This document shows, piece after piece, positions 19,728 to 29,256 of a DNA stretch of 64,000 nucleotides. Location of the stretch: the NCBI GenBank assembly GCA_963977415.1, contig CAXBOS010000007.1:89851-153850 (forward strand), read 5' to 3'. This stretch comes from an uncultured Schleiferiaceae bacterium. GTDB taxonomy: Bacteria; Bacteroidota; Bacteroidia; Flavobacteriales; Schleiferiaceae. The translations under genes and the position numbers were made by a program. Position 1 is the first letter of the stretch, and every line of letters begins with the position of its first letter. The notes under the pieces were generated by a model. It was not told the DNA's origin, did not search any database, and saw nothing but the letters and a program-made list of their open reading frames with translations.

Positions 19728-20966
19728 ATGAAACTCGAAATTTTTGAGTTAAGCAATGGCATTCGCGTGGTGCATCACCAAGTAAATAGCCCCATTGCTC
19801 ATATTGGTTTCCTTGTCGCCGCTGGCTCTAGAGATGAGCTTGAGCACGAGCAAGGTTTAGCCCACTATATTGAGCACTGCCTTTTTAAAGGTACCGAAAA
19901 GCGCAAGGCTTATCACATCCTCAGTCGCATGGAAGATGTGGGTGGCGACCTTAATGCTTTCACCTCTAAAGAAGAAACGGTGATTCACTGCTCTTTTCTT
20001 AGCGGCGACTACAAACGCGCCATTGATTTAATCTCCGATATCGCTTTTCGCAGCACCTTTCCAGAGAAGGAATGTATTAAGGAAAAAGAGGTGATTATCG
20101 ATGAAATCCATTCTTATAAGGATACGCCTGCCGATAGTATTTTCGATGATTTTGAAGAGCAGATTTTCCCCAATCATCCTCTTGGAAATAATATTTTAGG
20201 GACAGTAGAAAGTGTTAAATCTTTTGAACGCCAGCATATTCTAGATTTCATTGAAAGGAACTACAGCAAAAACCGCATGGTTTTCAGTTCAATCGGTAAT
20301 ATTTCTAAAAACAAGCTGGAGCAACTTTTAGAACAGCAAATTCAGAATGTGGAATTTGGTTCTGGTGATCGTGAGATAATCAGTCCCGAACTTTATGTTC
20401 CCAGTCAGAAGTCAGTAAGCCGCCCCGGTTATCAAACCCATGTAATTTTAGGTACCCGAGCTTACCCTGCAAAGGACGATATGATGCGCCCGCTCGCCAT
20501 CCTCAATAACCTCTTAGGCGGCCCAGGTATGAACTCACGCTTGAATTTAAATATTCGCGAAAAGTATGGTTTTACTTATCATTTAGAATCTTTTTACCAT
20601 CCCTATATCGACACAGGCCTTTTTGGAATCTACCTGGGCACCGACCCCGGTACCGCAGACCGCACCGTAAAACTAGTAGAGAAAGAATTGCGCAAATTAC
20701 GCGAGCAGAAGTTGGGCGTTTTACAATTAAGCAAAGCGAAAAAGCAGATTTTAGGTCAACTAGCGATGGCGCAAGAAAACAACAATGCTCTCATGCTTTC
20801 CTTTGGTAAATCGCTGCTTTTCCACGATCATATCGAGAGCTTTGAAGAGATTGTAAAAGACGTAGAAAACACCACGGCCGAAACCCTAATGCAGGTAGCC
20901 AATGAAATTTTCCAACCCGACGCCTTTAGTAGTCTCTACTTCCGTAATACCGAGGTGCAGGAATAA
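19728..20966 (+). CDS. M16 family (pitrilysin-like) zinc peptidase
   Basis: It has the inverted zinc motif HxxEH (HYIEH) followed by the downstream E. Confidence 0.85.
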   Translation: MKLEIFELSNGIRVVHHQVNSPIAHIGFLVAAGSRDELEHEQGLAHYIEHCLFKGTEKRKAYHILSRMEDVGGDLNAFTSKEETVIHCSFLSGDYKRAIDLISDIAFRSTFPEKECIKEKEVIIDEIHSYKDTPADSIFDDFEEQIFPNHPLGNNILGTVESVKSFERQHILDFIERNYSKNRMVFSSIGNISKNKLEQLLEQQIQNVEFGSGDREIISPELYVPSQKSVSRPGYQTHVILGTRAYPAKDDMMRPLAILNNLLGGPGMNSRLNLNIREKYGFTYHLESFYHPYIDTGLFGIYLGTDPGTADRTVKLVEKELRKLREQKLGVLQLSKAKKQILGQLAMAQENNNALMLSFGKSLLFHDHIESFEEIVKDVENTTAETLMQVANEIFQPDAFSSLYFRNTEVQE

Positions 20967-20968
20967 AA

Positions 20969-20998
20969 ATCCCTAGCAAATTGGTTTTTACTAGGGAT
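20969..20998. terminator. Hairpin between convergent genes (better T tract on minus strand)
   Basis: atccctag (20969-20976) pairs with ctagggat (20991-20998). On the minus strand it is followed by TTTTaTT, downstream of rfbB. Confidence 0.55.
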
Positions 20999-21024
20999 AA
21001 ATTCTTTAGATACGATGTGAAGAT

Positions 21025-22083
21025 CTACCGATCTTGATACATATCGCTATAATACTTTTGGTAATCACCCGAAGTAACATTATTTAGCCATTCTTCATTC
21101 GATAAGTACCAATCGATGGTTTCCGCTAAGCCTTCTTCGAAAGTTACCGAAGGAGCCCAGCCTAATTCCTTATTAATCTTGGTGGCATCTATAGCATAAC
21201 GACGATCGTGACCCGGACGGTCGGTTACATAGGTAATCAGTTTTACTGAGGTGCCTGGCTCACGCCCTAATTTCTCATCCATCTGCTTGCAAAGCACCTT
21301 AATCAATTCGATGTTTTGCCATTCGTTAAAACCACCGATATTATAAGTCTCAGCATTTTTACCCTGGTGATAAACTAGATCGATAGCACGCGCATGATCC
21401 ACCACATAAAGCCAATCGCGGGTGTATTTTCCGTCGCCATAAACCGGTAAGGGTTTATTATTTAGCACATTATGAAAAAACAAAGGCACCAATTTCTCGG
21501 GAAACTGATTAGGGCCATAGTTATTACTGCAATTGGTAATAACATAGGGTAAACCGTAGGTTTCACCATAAGCGCGTACAAAATGGTCGGAGCTGGCCTT
21601 GGAAGCCGAGTAGGGAGAATTGGGATCGTAAGGCGTGGTTTCTTCAAATAAACCCTCGGCTCCTAATGTTCCATACACCTCATCGGTACTGATATGGTAA
21701 AAGCGCTTGCCTTCAAAATTACCCTTCCAAGTGTCTCTAAATGAGTTGAGTAAATTAACCGTACCGATAACATTAGTACGCACAAAAGAAAGAGGATCGG
21801 TGATAGAGCGATCTACGTGGCTTTCAGCTGCAAGGTGTAAGACCCCATCAAATTTATGTTCTGCAAAAAGCGCATCCATGGCATCGCCGTCCACGATATC
21901 GGCTTTTACAAAGTGATAATTGGGCTTATCTTCAATATCCTTGAGGTTTTCTAGATTACCCGCATAAGTGAGTAAATCGAGATTGTAAATTTCATACTCG
22001 GGGTATTTATTTACAAATAATCGTACTACGTGAGAGCCGATAAAACCTGCTCCGCCCGTAATTAATATCTTTTTTCCGCTCAT
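21025..22083 (-). CDS. rfbB: dTDP-glucose 4,6-dehydratase
   Basis: It has the SDR motifs GGAGFIGS and YSASKA, and the characteristic C-terminal WYLSNEEW. Confidence 0.9.
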   Translation of the reverse strand: MSGKKILITGGAGFIGSHVVRLFVNKYPEYEIYNLDLLTYAGNLENLKDIEDKPNYHFVKADIVDGDAMDALFAEHKFDGVLHLAAESHVDRSITDPLSFVRTNVIGTVNLLNSFRDTWKGNFEGKRFYHISTDEVYGTLGAEGLFEETTPYDPNSPYSASKASSDHFVRAYGETYGLPYVITNCSNNYGPNQFPEKLVPLFFHNVLNNKPLPVYGDGKYTRDWLYVVDHARAIDLVYHQGKNAETYNIGGFNEWQNIELIKVLCKQMDEKLGREPGTSVKLITYVTDRPGHDRRYAIDATKINKELGWAPSVTFEEGLAETIDWYLSNEEWLNNVTSGDYQKYYSDMYQDR

Positions 22084-22085
22084 GC

Positions 22086-23105
22086 TTAAATATTTCTAAT
22101 TTTCTTTTCCCAACGCCAGGCATCTGTCATGGCATCATCTAATGTTTTTTCTGTTTTCCAGCCTAGCTCATCATTGGCTTTAGTCGTATCTGCGTAAGCG
22201 GCGGTAACATCTCCAGGGCGGCGATCGACAATTTTATAATTAAGACTTTCGCCAGAAACGCGCTCGAACGATTGAATTACCTCCAAAACCGTACTTCCTG
22301 TTCCTGTACCTAAATTGAAGACCTCATAATTGGAAAGGTTCTTCGAACCTAATAATCGCTCCACCGCAATAACGTGTGCTTTCGCTACATCGACCACGTG
22401 AATATAATCACGCTCATTGGTACCATCGCGAGTTTCGTAGTCATTACCGAATACCGACAACTGCTGGCGAACGCCCGCGGCAGTTTGCGTTACAAAAGGA
22501 ACTAAATTTAAAGGAACCCCTAAAGGTGATTCGCCGATTTCTGCCGAAGGATGCGCTCCTACTGGGTTAAAATAGCGCAAAGAGATAGCATTAAAACTAT
22601 GCGCATTAATGGCATCTTTAATTACCTCTTCTCCAATTTGCTTGGTATTTCCATAAGGAGACATGGCCGGTTTAACAGGGCTGTGTTCTGTTATGGGTAG
22701 TTCATCAGCTTGACCATAAACCGTGCAGCTGCTGCTGAAAATAAAATTATTGAGACTGAGGTTACGAATCTCTTGCAAGATATAAACCAAGGAACCAATA
22801 TTGTTTTCGTAATACTCTAAAGGCTTCGCTACTGATTCACCTACCGCCTTATAAGCGGCAAAGTGAATGATCCCATCTAAATCATTATGATTACTAAAGA
22901 ACTGATGAACCTCAGCTTTATTCTTCAGATCTACGCGATAAAAACTCGGACGAGTGCCTGTAATACTTTCGATACCATCGAGAACCACCGCACTGGAATT
23001 ACTTAAATCATCAACAATTACAGCTTCGTGTCCAGCATTTATCAGTTCTACTACAGTATGCGAACCAATAAAACCTAAACCGCCCGTTACTAGAATTTTA
23101 GCCAT
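22086..23105 (-). CDS. galE: UDP-glucose 4-epimerase
   Basis: It has the motifs GGLGFIGSH, YGNTK and RYFNPVGAH. Confidence 0.9.
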   Translation of the reverse strand: MAKILVTGGLGFIGSHTVVELINAGHEAVIVDDLSNSSAVVLDGIESITGTRPSFYRVDLKNKAEVHQFFSNHNDLDGIIHFAAYKAVGESVAKPLEYYENNIGSLVYILQEIRNLSLNNFIFSSSCTVYGQADELPITEHSPVKPAMSPYGNTKQIGEEVIKDAINAHSFNAISLRYFNPVGAHPSAEIGESPLGVPLNLVPFVTQTAAGVRQQLSVFGNDYETRDGTNERDYIHVVDVAKAHVIAVERLLGSKNLSNYEVFNLGTGTGSTVLEVIQSFERVSGESLNYKIVDRRPGDVTAAYADTTKANDELGWKTEKTLDDAMTDAWRWEKKIRNI

Positions 23106-23110
23106 GCTAA

Positions 23111-24100
23111 TTATTTTTGTCTTGAATAATCCTTGAAGTCTTTGTGATCCTTTTTATAAAGCTCCTCTTCAGGTAAAGACTTAAAGTATTCGTAAGTAAT
23201 TTTCAAACCTTCGGCGCGGCTTACTTTAGGCTCCCAACCTAAAATTTCTCTTGCTTTGGTAATATTGGGCTGTCTTTGAGTTGGATCATCTTTCGGAAGA
23301 TCTTTATAAATTACTTTTTGATCCGTACCGGTAAGTTTAATGATTTCTTCTGCAAACTGCCCGATGGTAATTTCATCTGGGTTTCCAATATTCACTGGAC
23401 CAGCGTAATCGCTCATTAATAAACGGTAAATACCTTCTACCAAATCATCCACGTAGCAGAAAGAACGCGTTTGCGAACCATCACCAAAAATGGTAAGATC
23501 CTCACCACGTAAGGCCTGACCGATAAAAGCTGGTAAAACACGACCATCATTTAAACGCATACGTGGACCGTAGGTATTAAAGATGCGAACAATGCGCGTT
23601 TCTAAACCGTGGTAAGTATGGTAAGCCATAGTCATGGCCTCTTGGAAACGTTTGGCTTCATCGTAAACACCTCTAGGTCCAACCGGATTTACATGTCCCC
23701 AGTACTCCTCCGTTTGCGGGTGTACTTGTGGATCACCATAAACCTCGGAGGTAGAAGCGATAATTAAGCGCGCCTTCTTGGCCATAGCCAAACCAAGACA
23801 GTTATGAATTCCTAAAGAGCCAACCTTTAAAGTTTGGATGGGAATTTTAAGATAATCGATGGGACTAGCGGGAGAAGCAAAGTGCATGATATAATCCAGC
23901 TGACCGGGTACGTGAATGAAATTAGAAACATCATTGTGATAGAATTCAAATTCCTTCAGTCCAAAAAGGTGCTCAATGTTTTTCAGGTCACCCGTAATTA
24001 GGTTATCCATCCCAACAACCTGAAAACCTTCTTTAATAAAACGATCGCAAAGGTGAGAACCTAAAAATCCTGCTGCACCTGTTATTAAAACTCTTTTCAT
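23111..24100 (-). CDS. UDP-glucuronate decarboxylase (UDP-xylose synthase-like SDR)
   Basis: It has the motifs [15 protein letters not shown] and IFNTYGPRM. It lies adjacent to ugd. Confidence 0.8.
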   Translation of the reverse strand: MKRVLITGAAGFLGSHLCDRFIKEGFQVVGMDNLITGDLKNIEHLFGLKEFEFYHNDVSNFIHVPGQLDYIMHFASPASPIDYLKIPIQTLKVGSLGIHNCLGLAMAKKARLIIASTSEVYGDPQVHPQTEEYWGHVNPVGPRGVYDEAKRFQEAMTMAYHTYHGLETRIVRIFNTYGPRMRLNDGRVLPAFIGQALRGEDLTIFGDGSQTRSFCYVDDLVEGIYRLLMSDYAGPVNIGNPDEITIGQFAEEIIKLTGTDQKVIYKDLPKDDPTQRQPNITKAREILGWEPKVSRAEGLKITYEYFKSLPEEELYKKDHKDFKDYSRQK

Positions 24101-24110
24101 AATTTTTTAC

Positions 24111-25430
24111 TTAAGATTTAACACCGATACAGTAGTACTCAAAACCAAGGTCAGCCATACGCTGAATACTGAAAATATTTCTACCGTCGAAAACGATTGG
24201 GTTAACCAAAGAAGCTTTGATTTCCTCAAAATCGGGCACTCTAAATTCGCTCCATTCGGTCACTACTAAAAGTGCATCAGCACCTTTAACGGCTTCGTAC
24301 TCGCTTTCCGCATAAGTAATTTTATCACCAATCATATGCTTAGCCTCAGGCATAGCCACTGGATCATAAGCGACAACTGAGCCACCTGCAGCAATAATCT
24401 TATCGATAATTACCAAAGAAGGCGCTTCACGCATATCGTCCGTATTGGGCTTAAAGGATAATCCCCACATAGCGAATTTCTTGCCTTTGATATCGCCATT
24501 AAAACGCTTCATCACCTTATTGAAAAGAACAGACTTTTGATCGTCGTTTACATCTTCCACTGCTTGTAAGATGCGCATTTCATGACCATTTTCACGGGCG
24601 GTACGCACTAGGGCTTTCACATCTTTAGGAAAACAGCTACCACCATAACCGATACCTGGGTAAATAAAACGGTTACCGATACGTGGATCAGAGCCAATAC
24701 CTTTACGCACCAAGTTTACATCGGCTCCCATAATTTCGCAAAGATTCGCAATATCGTTCATGAAGCTAATTTTGGTAGCTAACATGGCGTTGGCGGCATA
24801 TTTCGTCATTTCCGCGGAAGGCACATCCATAAAAATTACCGGATGTCCGTTTAAGGTAAAGGGATGATAAATCTTCTCAATAACTTTACGGGCATGCTCA
24901 GACTCGATACCAACCACGATACGATCTGGTTTCATGAAATCGTTAACTGCAGCCCCTTCTTTTAAGAATTCGGGGTTTGAGGCCACATCAAATTCTAATT
25001 TTAGGCCGCGACGGTCTAAAGCATCTTGTATTTCTTTTTTAACCTTAGCGGCGGTTCCTACGGGCACGGTAGATTTAGTGATCACCACTCCGTAGCTATT
25101 CATATTCTCGCCAATTTCACGGGCTACCGCTAAAACGTATTGCAGATCTGCGCTACCATCTTCTCCAGGAGGAGTTCCAACTGCAATAAAAGCTGCTTCT
25201 GCATCTTTAATCGCTTCAGGTAAATTGGTACTAAACTGCAAGCGACCTTTTTCGTGGTTACGCTGCGTTAATTTATCTAATCCTGGTTCGTAAATCGGTA
25301 AGATTCCTTTTTTAAGGTTATCGATTTTCTTTTGATCTACATCAACGCAAATTACGTCAATACCTACTTCTGCTAGGCAAGTTCCAGTAACCAGGCCTAC
25401 ATAGCCTGTGCCGACGATAACGATTTTCAT
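24111..25430 (-). CDS. ugd: UDP-glucose 6-dehydrogenase
   Basis: It has the N-terminal GTGYVGLV and the catalytic Cys context GGSCFPKD. Confidence 0.9.
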   Translation of the reverse strand: MKIVIVGTGYVGLVTGTCLAEVGIDVICVDVDQKKIDNLKKGILPIYEPGLDKLTQRNHEKGRLQFSTNLPEAIKDAEAAFIAVGTPPGEDGSADLQYVLAVAREIGENMNSYGVVITKSTVPVGTAAKVKKEIQDALDRRGLKLEFDVASNPEFLKEGAAVNDFMKPDRIVVGIESEHARKVIEKIYHPFTLNGHPVIFMDVPSAEMTKYAANAMLATKISFMNDIANLCEIMGADVNLVRKGIGSDPRIGNRFIYPGIGYGGSCFPKDVKALVRTARENGHEMRILQAVEDVNDDQKSVLFNKVMKRFNGDIKGKKFAMWGLSFKPNTDDMREAPSLVIIDKIIAAGGSVVAYDPVAMPEAKHMIGDKITYAESEYEAVKGADALLVVTEWSEFRVPDFEEIKASLVNPIVFDGRNIFSIQRMADLGFEYYCIGVKS

Positions 25431-26569
25431 TTTCGGTTGTTTTTAATAAAATCAACCACGGCTGTGGTGATTTTGGTTAGTTGTTCAATGGTTAATTCTG
25501 TATGCATCGGAAGCGAAAAAACGCTTTGCACCAAAGATTCGGTTACAGGAAAACTTCCGTCCGTATAGCGTTCATCGCGATATGCTGTTTGCATATGTAA
25601 TGCCACTGGATAATAAATCATACAAGGAATTTCTTGGGCTTGAAGATAGTCAACTAATTCGTCTCTGCCAATAGTTCCATCTAATTGCAAAGTATATTGA
25701 TGAAAAACGTGTGTTGACTGCGCATCTCTAACCGGAGTTTTAATTTCGGGTATATCTGCGAAAGCCTTATCATAAAAGTCTGCCGCTGTGCGACGAGCAT
25801 CGCAATAGGCATCCAAATGTGGCAGCTTACAACGAAGTATAGCGGCTTGAATGGAATCTAAACGCGAGTTAACCCCTATTCTATCATGATAATAGCGTAC
25901 CGATTGACCGTGATTGGCAATCATGCGCATCTCTGAAGCAAGATGATCGCTATTGGTGAATATTGCACCACCATCGCCATAACAGCCTAAATTTTTACTC
26001 GGAAAGAAAGAAGTTGTACCAATATCACCCATGGTACCTGCCATTTTAGTTTCACCGTTTTTAAAAGTGTAGGAAGCTCCTATGGCCTGTGCGGTATCCT
26101 CCACTACAAAAAGTTTATGCTCTTGAGCAATTTCCATTATAGCATCCATATTGGCACACTGACCGAATAAATGCACCGGAACTATCGCTTTCGTTTTTGG
26201 CGTAATAGCGGCTCGAACCTGATCTGGATTTAAACCAAAAGTATCCGCATCTACATCTACCAATACTGGCTTTAAGCCAAGAAGCGCAATTACCTCAGCT
26301 GTCGCTACGTAGGTAAAAGTAGCGGTAATCACCTCATCACCAGGCTTTAAGCCCAACGCCATCATAGCAATCTGTAAGGCATCAGTGCCATTTGCGCAGG
26401 GAATTACATGTTTAACTTTTAGGTAATCTTCCAACTCTTGTTGAAATGATTTTACCTCAGGGCCGTTAATGTAGGCAGAGGATTCTACCACATCAAGGAT
26501 GGCTTTATCAACCTGAGACTTAATTTTATTGTATTGGCTGAGAAGGTCAACCATTTGAATTTTTGACAT
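25427..26569 (-). CDS. DegT/DnrJ/EryC1/StrS-family PLP-dependent sugar aminotransferase
   Basis: It has the MVDLLSQY start context and the PLP-lysine region FFPSKNLGCYGDGG. The ATG at 26569 is preferred over the upstream ATG at 26590. Confidence 0.85.
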   Translation of the reverse strand: MSKIQMVDLLSQYNKIKSQVDKAILDVVESSAYINGPEVKSFQQELEDYLKVKHVIPCANGTDALQIAMMALGLKPGDEVITATFTYVATAEVIALLGLKPVLVDVDADTFGLNPDQVRAAITPKTKAIVPVHLFGQCANMDAIMEIAQEHKLFVVEDTAQAIGASYTFKNGETKMAGTMGDIGTTSFFPSKNLGCYGDGGAIFTNSDHLASEMRMIANHGQSVRYYHDRIGVNSRLDSIQAAILRCKLPHLDAYCDARRTAADFYDKAFADIPEIKTPVRDAQSTHVFHQYTLQLDGTIGRDELVDYLQAQEIPCMIYYPVALHMQTAYRDERYTDGSFPVTESLVQSVFSLPMHTELTIEQLTKITTAVVDFIKNNRK

Positions 26570-26618
26570 AAAATAAATTATCTCCCACAAAGATAAATAG
26601 CATTAAGCTAAAGGCTCT

Positions 26619-26626
26619 TACTTTTG
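26619..26626 (+). promoter_or_regulatory. Bacteroidota -7 box (TAnnTTTG)
   Basis: TACTTTTG lies 8 nt before the ATG at 26635. Confidence 0.3.
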
Positions 26627-26634
26627 TAACAATT

Positions 26635-27396
26635 ATGAAAATAAAATTAATTCACTATTTCATCGGAGTATCTTTCTTTGCATGCCTATCTGCGCAAGCG
26701 CAAACTGGCTTTGAAAGTAAACGAGCATGGCTAATTGGTATTGGCTTATCTACCAATATCCCTTCTGGCCCTTGGACCGAAAACTTCAGAGAAAATTACA
26801 GCTTGAGCACATCGCTGGGCCGAAAATTTGCTAATAACATCATTATTAGCGGAGAGTGGAATTATCTTTTTGGAGGCGAGGTTGACAACCGCCGCACTAT
26901 TTTAGAGGCCATTACCACTAGCAACGGGCAATTACTAAACGCGAATGGTAGCTACGCACAAATAAATATCAATCAACGTGGTACTTATTTTAACCTGCAG
27001 GTGGAAAAACTTTTTTTTAGTCCTGAAAAAAACCAAAACTCAGGCTGGTCTTTGGGCGCTGGCGCTGGATACGCTTGGCATTGGCTCAATATCGACAATG
27101 TAGGGAACGACTCGCCCCAATTGATTGATGATTATGTAGCTGGCTACGACCGAATGAGTAGAGGCTTTTTAGCCACTCAAAGTATTGGCTATATGTACCT
27201 TTCTAATAACAAATTGATCAACTTTAAGTTATCCTTTGAAGTGAATGAAATTTGGTCGCAAGATTTACGTCGATACAATTACCCCAGCGGATTGATAAGT
27301 GATGAAACCAATTTAAATCTTCTGTACAGCCTAAAACTAAAATGGTATTTACCCATTTATTTGGGCGGTAAAACGGAAGAATACTATTACAATTAA
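26635..27396 (+). CDS. Hypothetical outer-membrane beta-barrel-like protein
   Basis: It has a signal peptide (FFACLSAQAQ) and alternating aromatic/glycine strands. No family was recognised. Confidence 0.4.
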   Translation: MKIKLIHYFIGVSFFACLSAQAQTGFESKRAWLIGIGLSTNIPSGPWTENFRENYSLSTSLGRKFANNIIISGEWNYLFGGEVDNRRTILEAITTSNGQLLNANGSYAQININQRGTYFNLQVEKLFFSPEKNQNSGWSLGAGAGYAWHWLNIDNVGNDSPQLIDDYVAGYDRMSRGFLATQSIGYMYLSNNKLINFKLSFEVNEIWSQDLRRYNYPSGLISDETNLNLLYSLKLKWYLPIYLGGKTEEYYYN

Positions 27397-27397
27397 G

Positions 27398-28645
27398 TTG
27401 CAAACTCTCTACAACTTCGGCATTCATCTTTACGCGCTTTTCATCCGCGTGGCCTCGCCGTTTTCATCAAAAGCGCGCGATTTCTTAAGCGGAAGGAAGA
27501 ATTGGAATAAAAACTTAGAAGCCAGAAACGAATCATCGCCACCTACTATTTGGCTACACGCAGCTAGCTTGGGCGAGATGGAACAAGGGGTACCTATTTT
27601 AAAACAACTGAGAAAAGCTTTACCACAGCACCAATTTCTCATAACCTTTTTCTCACCCAGCGGATTTAATAATTTCAAGCAGAGAGATTTGGCCGATCAG
27701 ATCCTGTATTTACCGCTTGATACGCCTCAAAATGCTCAAGAATTTATAAGACTCATTCAGCCCGATATAGCCCTCTTTATTAAGTATGAGATTTGGGTGA
27801 ATTACTTTCGGGTTTTAAAACAAAAAAACATTCCCCTCATTCTTGCCCCGGCGGTGTTTCGCCCCGACCAAATTTATTTTAAAGCTTACGCAAGATCCTT
27901 TTTTACGCCTATTCTGCGAAACATAAGCAGCATTTTAGTGCAGAATGAGGCCTCTTTGAATTTATTGGAAAACCACAATATTAGAGGCGCTGAAATTTGT
28001 GGCGACAGTCGATTTGACCAAGCAATCGCCAATAAAACTGAAAACTACCCTTCCGATAAAGTTGAGCAATTTTTAGGAAAAAGCTTTTGCTTAACGCTTG
28101 GCAGCTCTTGGCCTCCCGAAGAAGATATTTTGGAACAAAGTCTTCCCTTTTTCCCTCATTTAAAAGTGATCCTTGCCCCCCACGATGTGAGTCCAACCAA
28201 TATTAAACGCATTCAAACTAAGTTTAGCCCATTTGGTGTCAGTAAATTTAGTGAGGAAAACTGGGCAACAAAAAACGCTATTCTTCTTATTGACAATATT
28301 GGGCATCTTAAAAAACTTTACCGGTTTGCCGATTTCGCTCTCATTGGTGGTGGTTTCGGAGCTGGCCTTCATAGCACAGTAGAAGCCATTGTTTATGGTA
28401 TTCCTGTTGCCTTTGGTCCGAAACATTATAAATTTATTGAAGTAAGCGAATACTTAAAAAATGAAATTGGTTTTGAAATAAAAACCTCGGATGAATTTAC
28501 AGGCATCTTGCGTAAGCTAGAAGACAACCATTACCGCCAAAAACTGCGCACTAAAATTGATTTTTATTTAGAAAGCAAAACTGGTGCAGCAGATAAAATT
28601 ACTGCGAAAGCTTTAGAACTTTTAGAAGCAAAAAGGAATGATTGA
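27398..28645 (+). CDS. waaA: 3-deoxy-D-manno-octulosonic acid (Kdo) transferase
   Basis: It has the motif WLHAASLGEMEQGVPIL and the GT30 C-terminal half. The start codon is TTG. Confidence 0.85.
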   Translation: MQTLYNFGIHLYALFIRVASPFSSKARDFLSGRKNWNKNLEARNESSPPTIWLHAASLGEMEQGVPILKQLRKALPQHQFLITFFSPSGFNNFKQRDLADQILYLPLDTPQNAQEFIRLIQPDIALFIKYEIWVNYFRVLKQKNIPLILAPAVFRPDQIYFKAYARSFFTPILRNISSILVQNEASLNLLENHNIRGAEICGDSRFDQAIANKTENYPSDKVEQFLGKSFCLTLGSSWPPEEDILEQSLPFFPHLKVILAPHDVSPTNIKRIQTKFSPFGVSKFSEENWATKNAILLIDNIGHLKKLYRFADFALIGGGFGAGLHSTVEAIVYGIPVAFGPKHYKFIEVSEYLKNEIGFEIKTSDEFTGILRKLEDNHYRQKLRTKIDFYLESKTGAADKITAKALELLEAKRND

Positions 28646-29186
28646 GGCTGCGAAAAAAGTTTTAAGACAGGAAATGAAATCGCAACGATTAGTACTTCCT
28701 GCAGAAAGCAAACTAGCCTTTGAAGCGGATCTTGAAAAGCAAACTTTAGCTCTGATCAAGAAACGTTCTGTTCATACCCTTCACATTTACCTTAGCTTAA
28801 AAGAGGAAATCAATACCCAAGGAATAATTGAATATTGCTGGAATAATGACCTTAAAGTAATCGTCCCCGAAACTTTAGCGGCGGGACAATTACGCCACTT
28901 AGAATACCGACAAGACGATGAATTAATTAGCGGTAGCTTTCAATGTAAATGGCCTAAGCACGGCCAAGAGTACCAAGGTAAACTAGACCTCATCATTTGT
29001 CCGGGACTCGCTTTCAGCCCTAAAGGAAATCGTTTAGGATACGGTGGCGGTTATTACGATCGCTTCTTAATTAAGCACCCCGAAGCTTATAAAGTTGGCT
29101 TAGCTTTTCCATTTCAAATAAGAGCGAGCATTCCCAGTGATTCGTACGATTGCAAAATGGACCAAATCTTAGTCCCAAATAATTAA
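28638..29186 (+). CDS. 5-formyltetrahydrofolate cyclo-ligase
   Basis: It has the motif PGLAFSPKGNRLGYGGGYYDRFL. It overlaps waaA by 8 nt. Confidence 0.8.
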   Translation: MIEAAKKVLRQEMKSQRLVLPAESKLAFEADLEKQTLALIKKRSVHTLHIYLSLKEEINTQGIIEYCWNNDLKVIVPETLAAGQLRHLEYRQDDELISGSFQCKWPKHGQEYQGKLDLIICPGLAFSPKGNRLGYGGGYYDRFLIKHPEAYKVGLAFPFQIRASIPSDSYDCKMDQILVPNN

Positions 29187-29192
29187 TTACTC

Positions 29193-29228
29193 AAAAAAAA
29201 ATGCCTTCCCAAAAAACAGAGAAGGCAT
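29193..29228 (-). terminator. Rho-independent terminator of the hybrid kinase gene
   Basis: On the minus strand, atgccttc / gaaggcat forms the stem and is followed by T8 (plus-strand A8 at 29193-29200). Confidence 0.65.
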
Positions 29229-29256
29229 TATCAATCGACCTTAGCCAACTAGCGGG

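Noticed and set aside
21025-26569. The nucleotide-sugar operon as a possible horizontally acquired O-antigen/capsule island
   Set aside because: Only precursor-synthesis genes (rfbB, galE, uxs, ugd, degT) are present. There are no glycosyltransferases, flippase, polymerase or mobility genes, and no boundary signals visible in the sequence.
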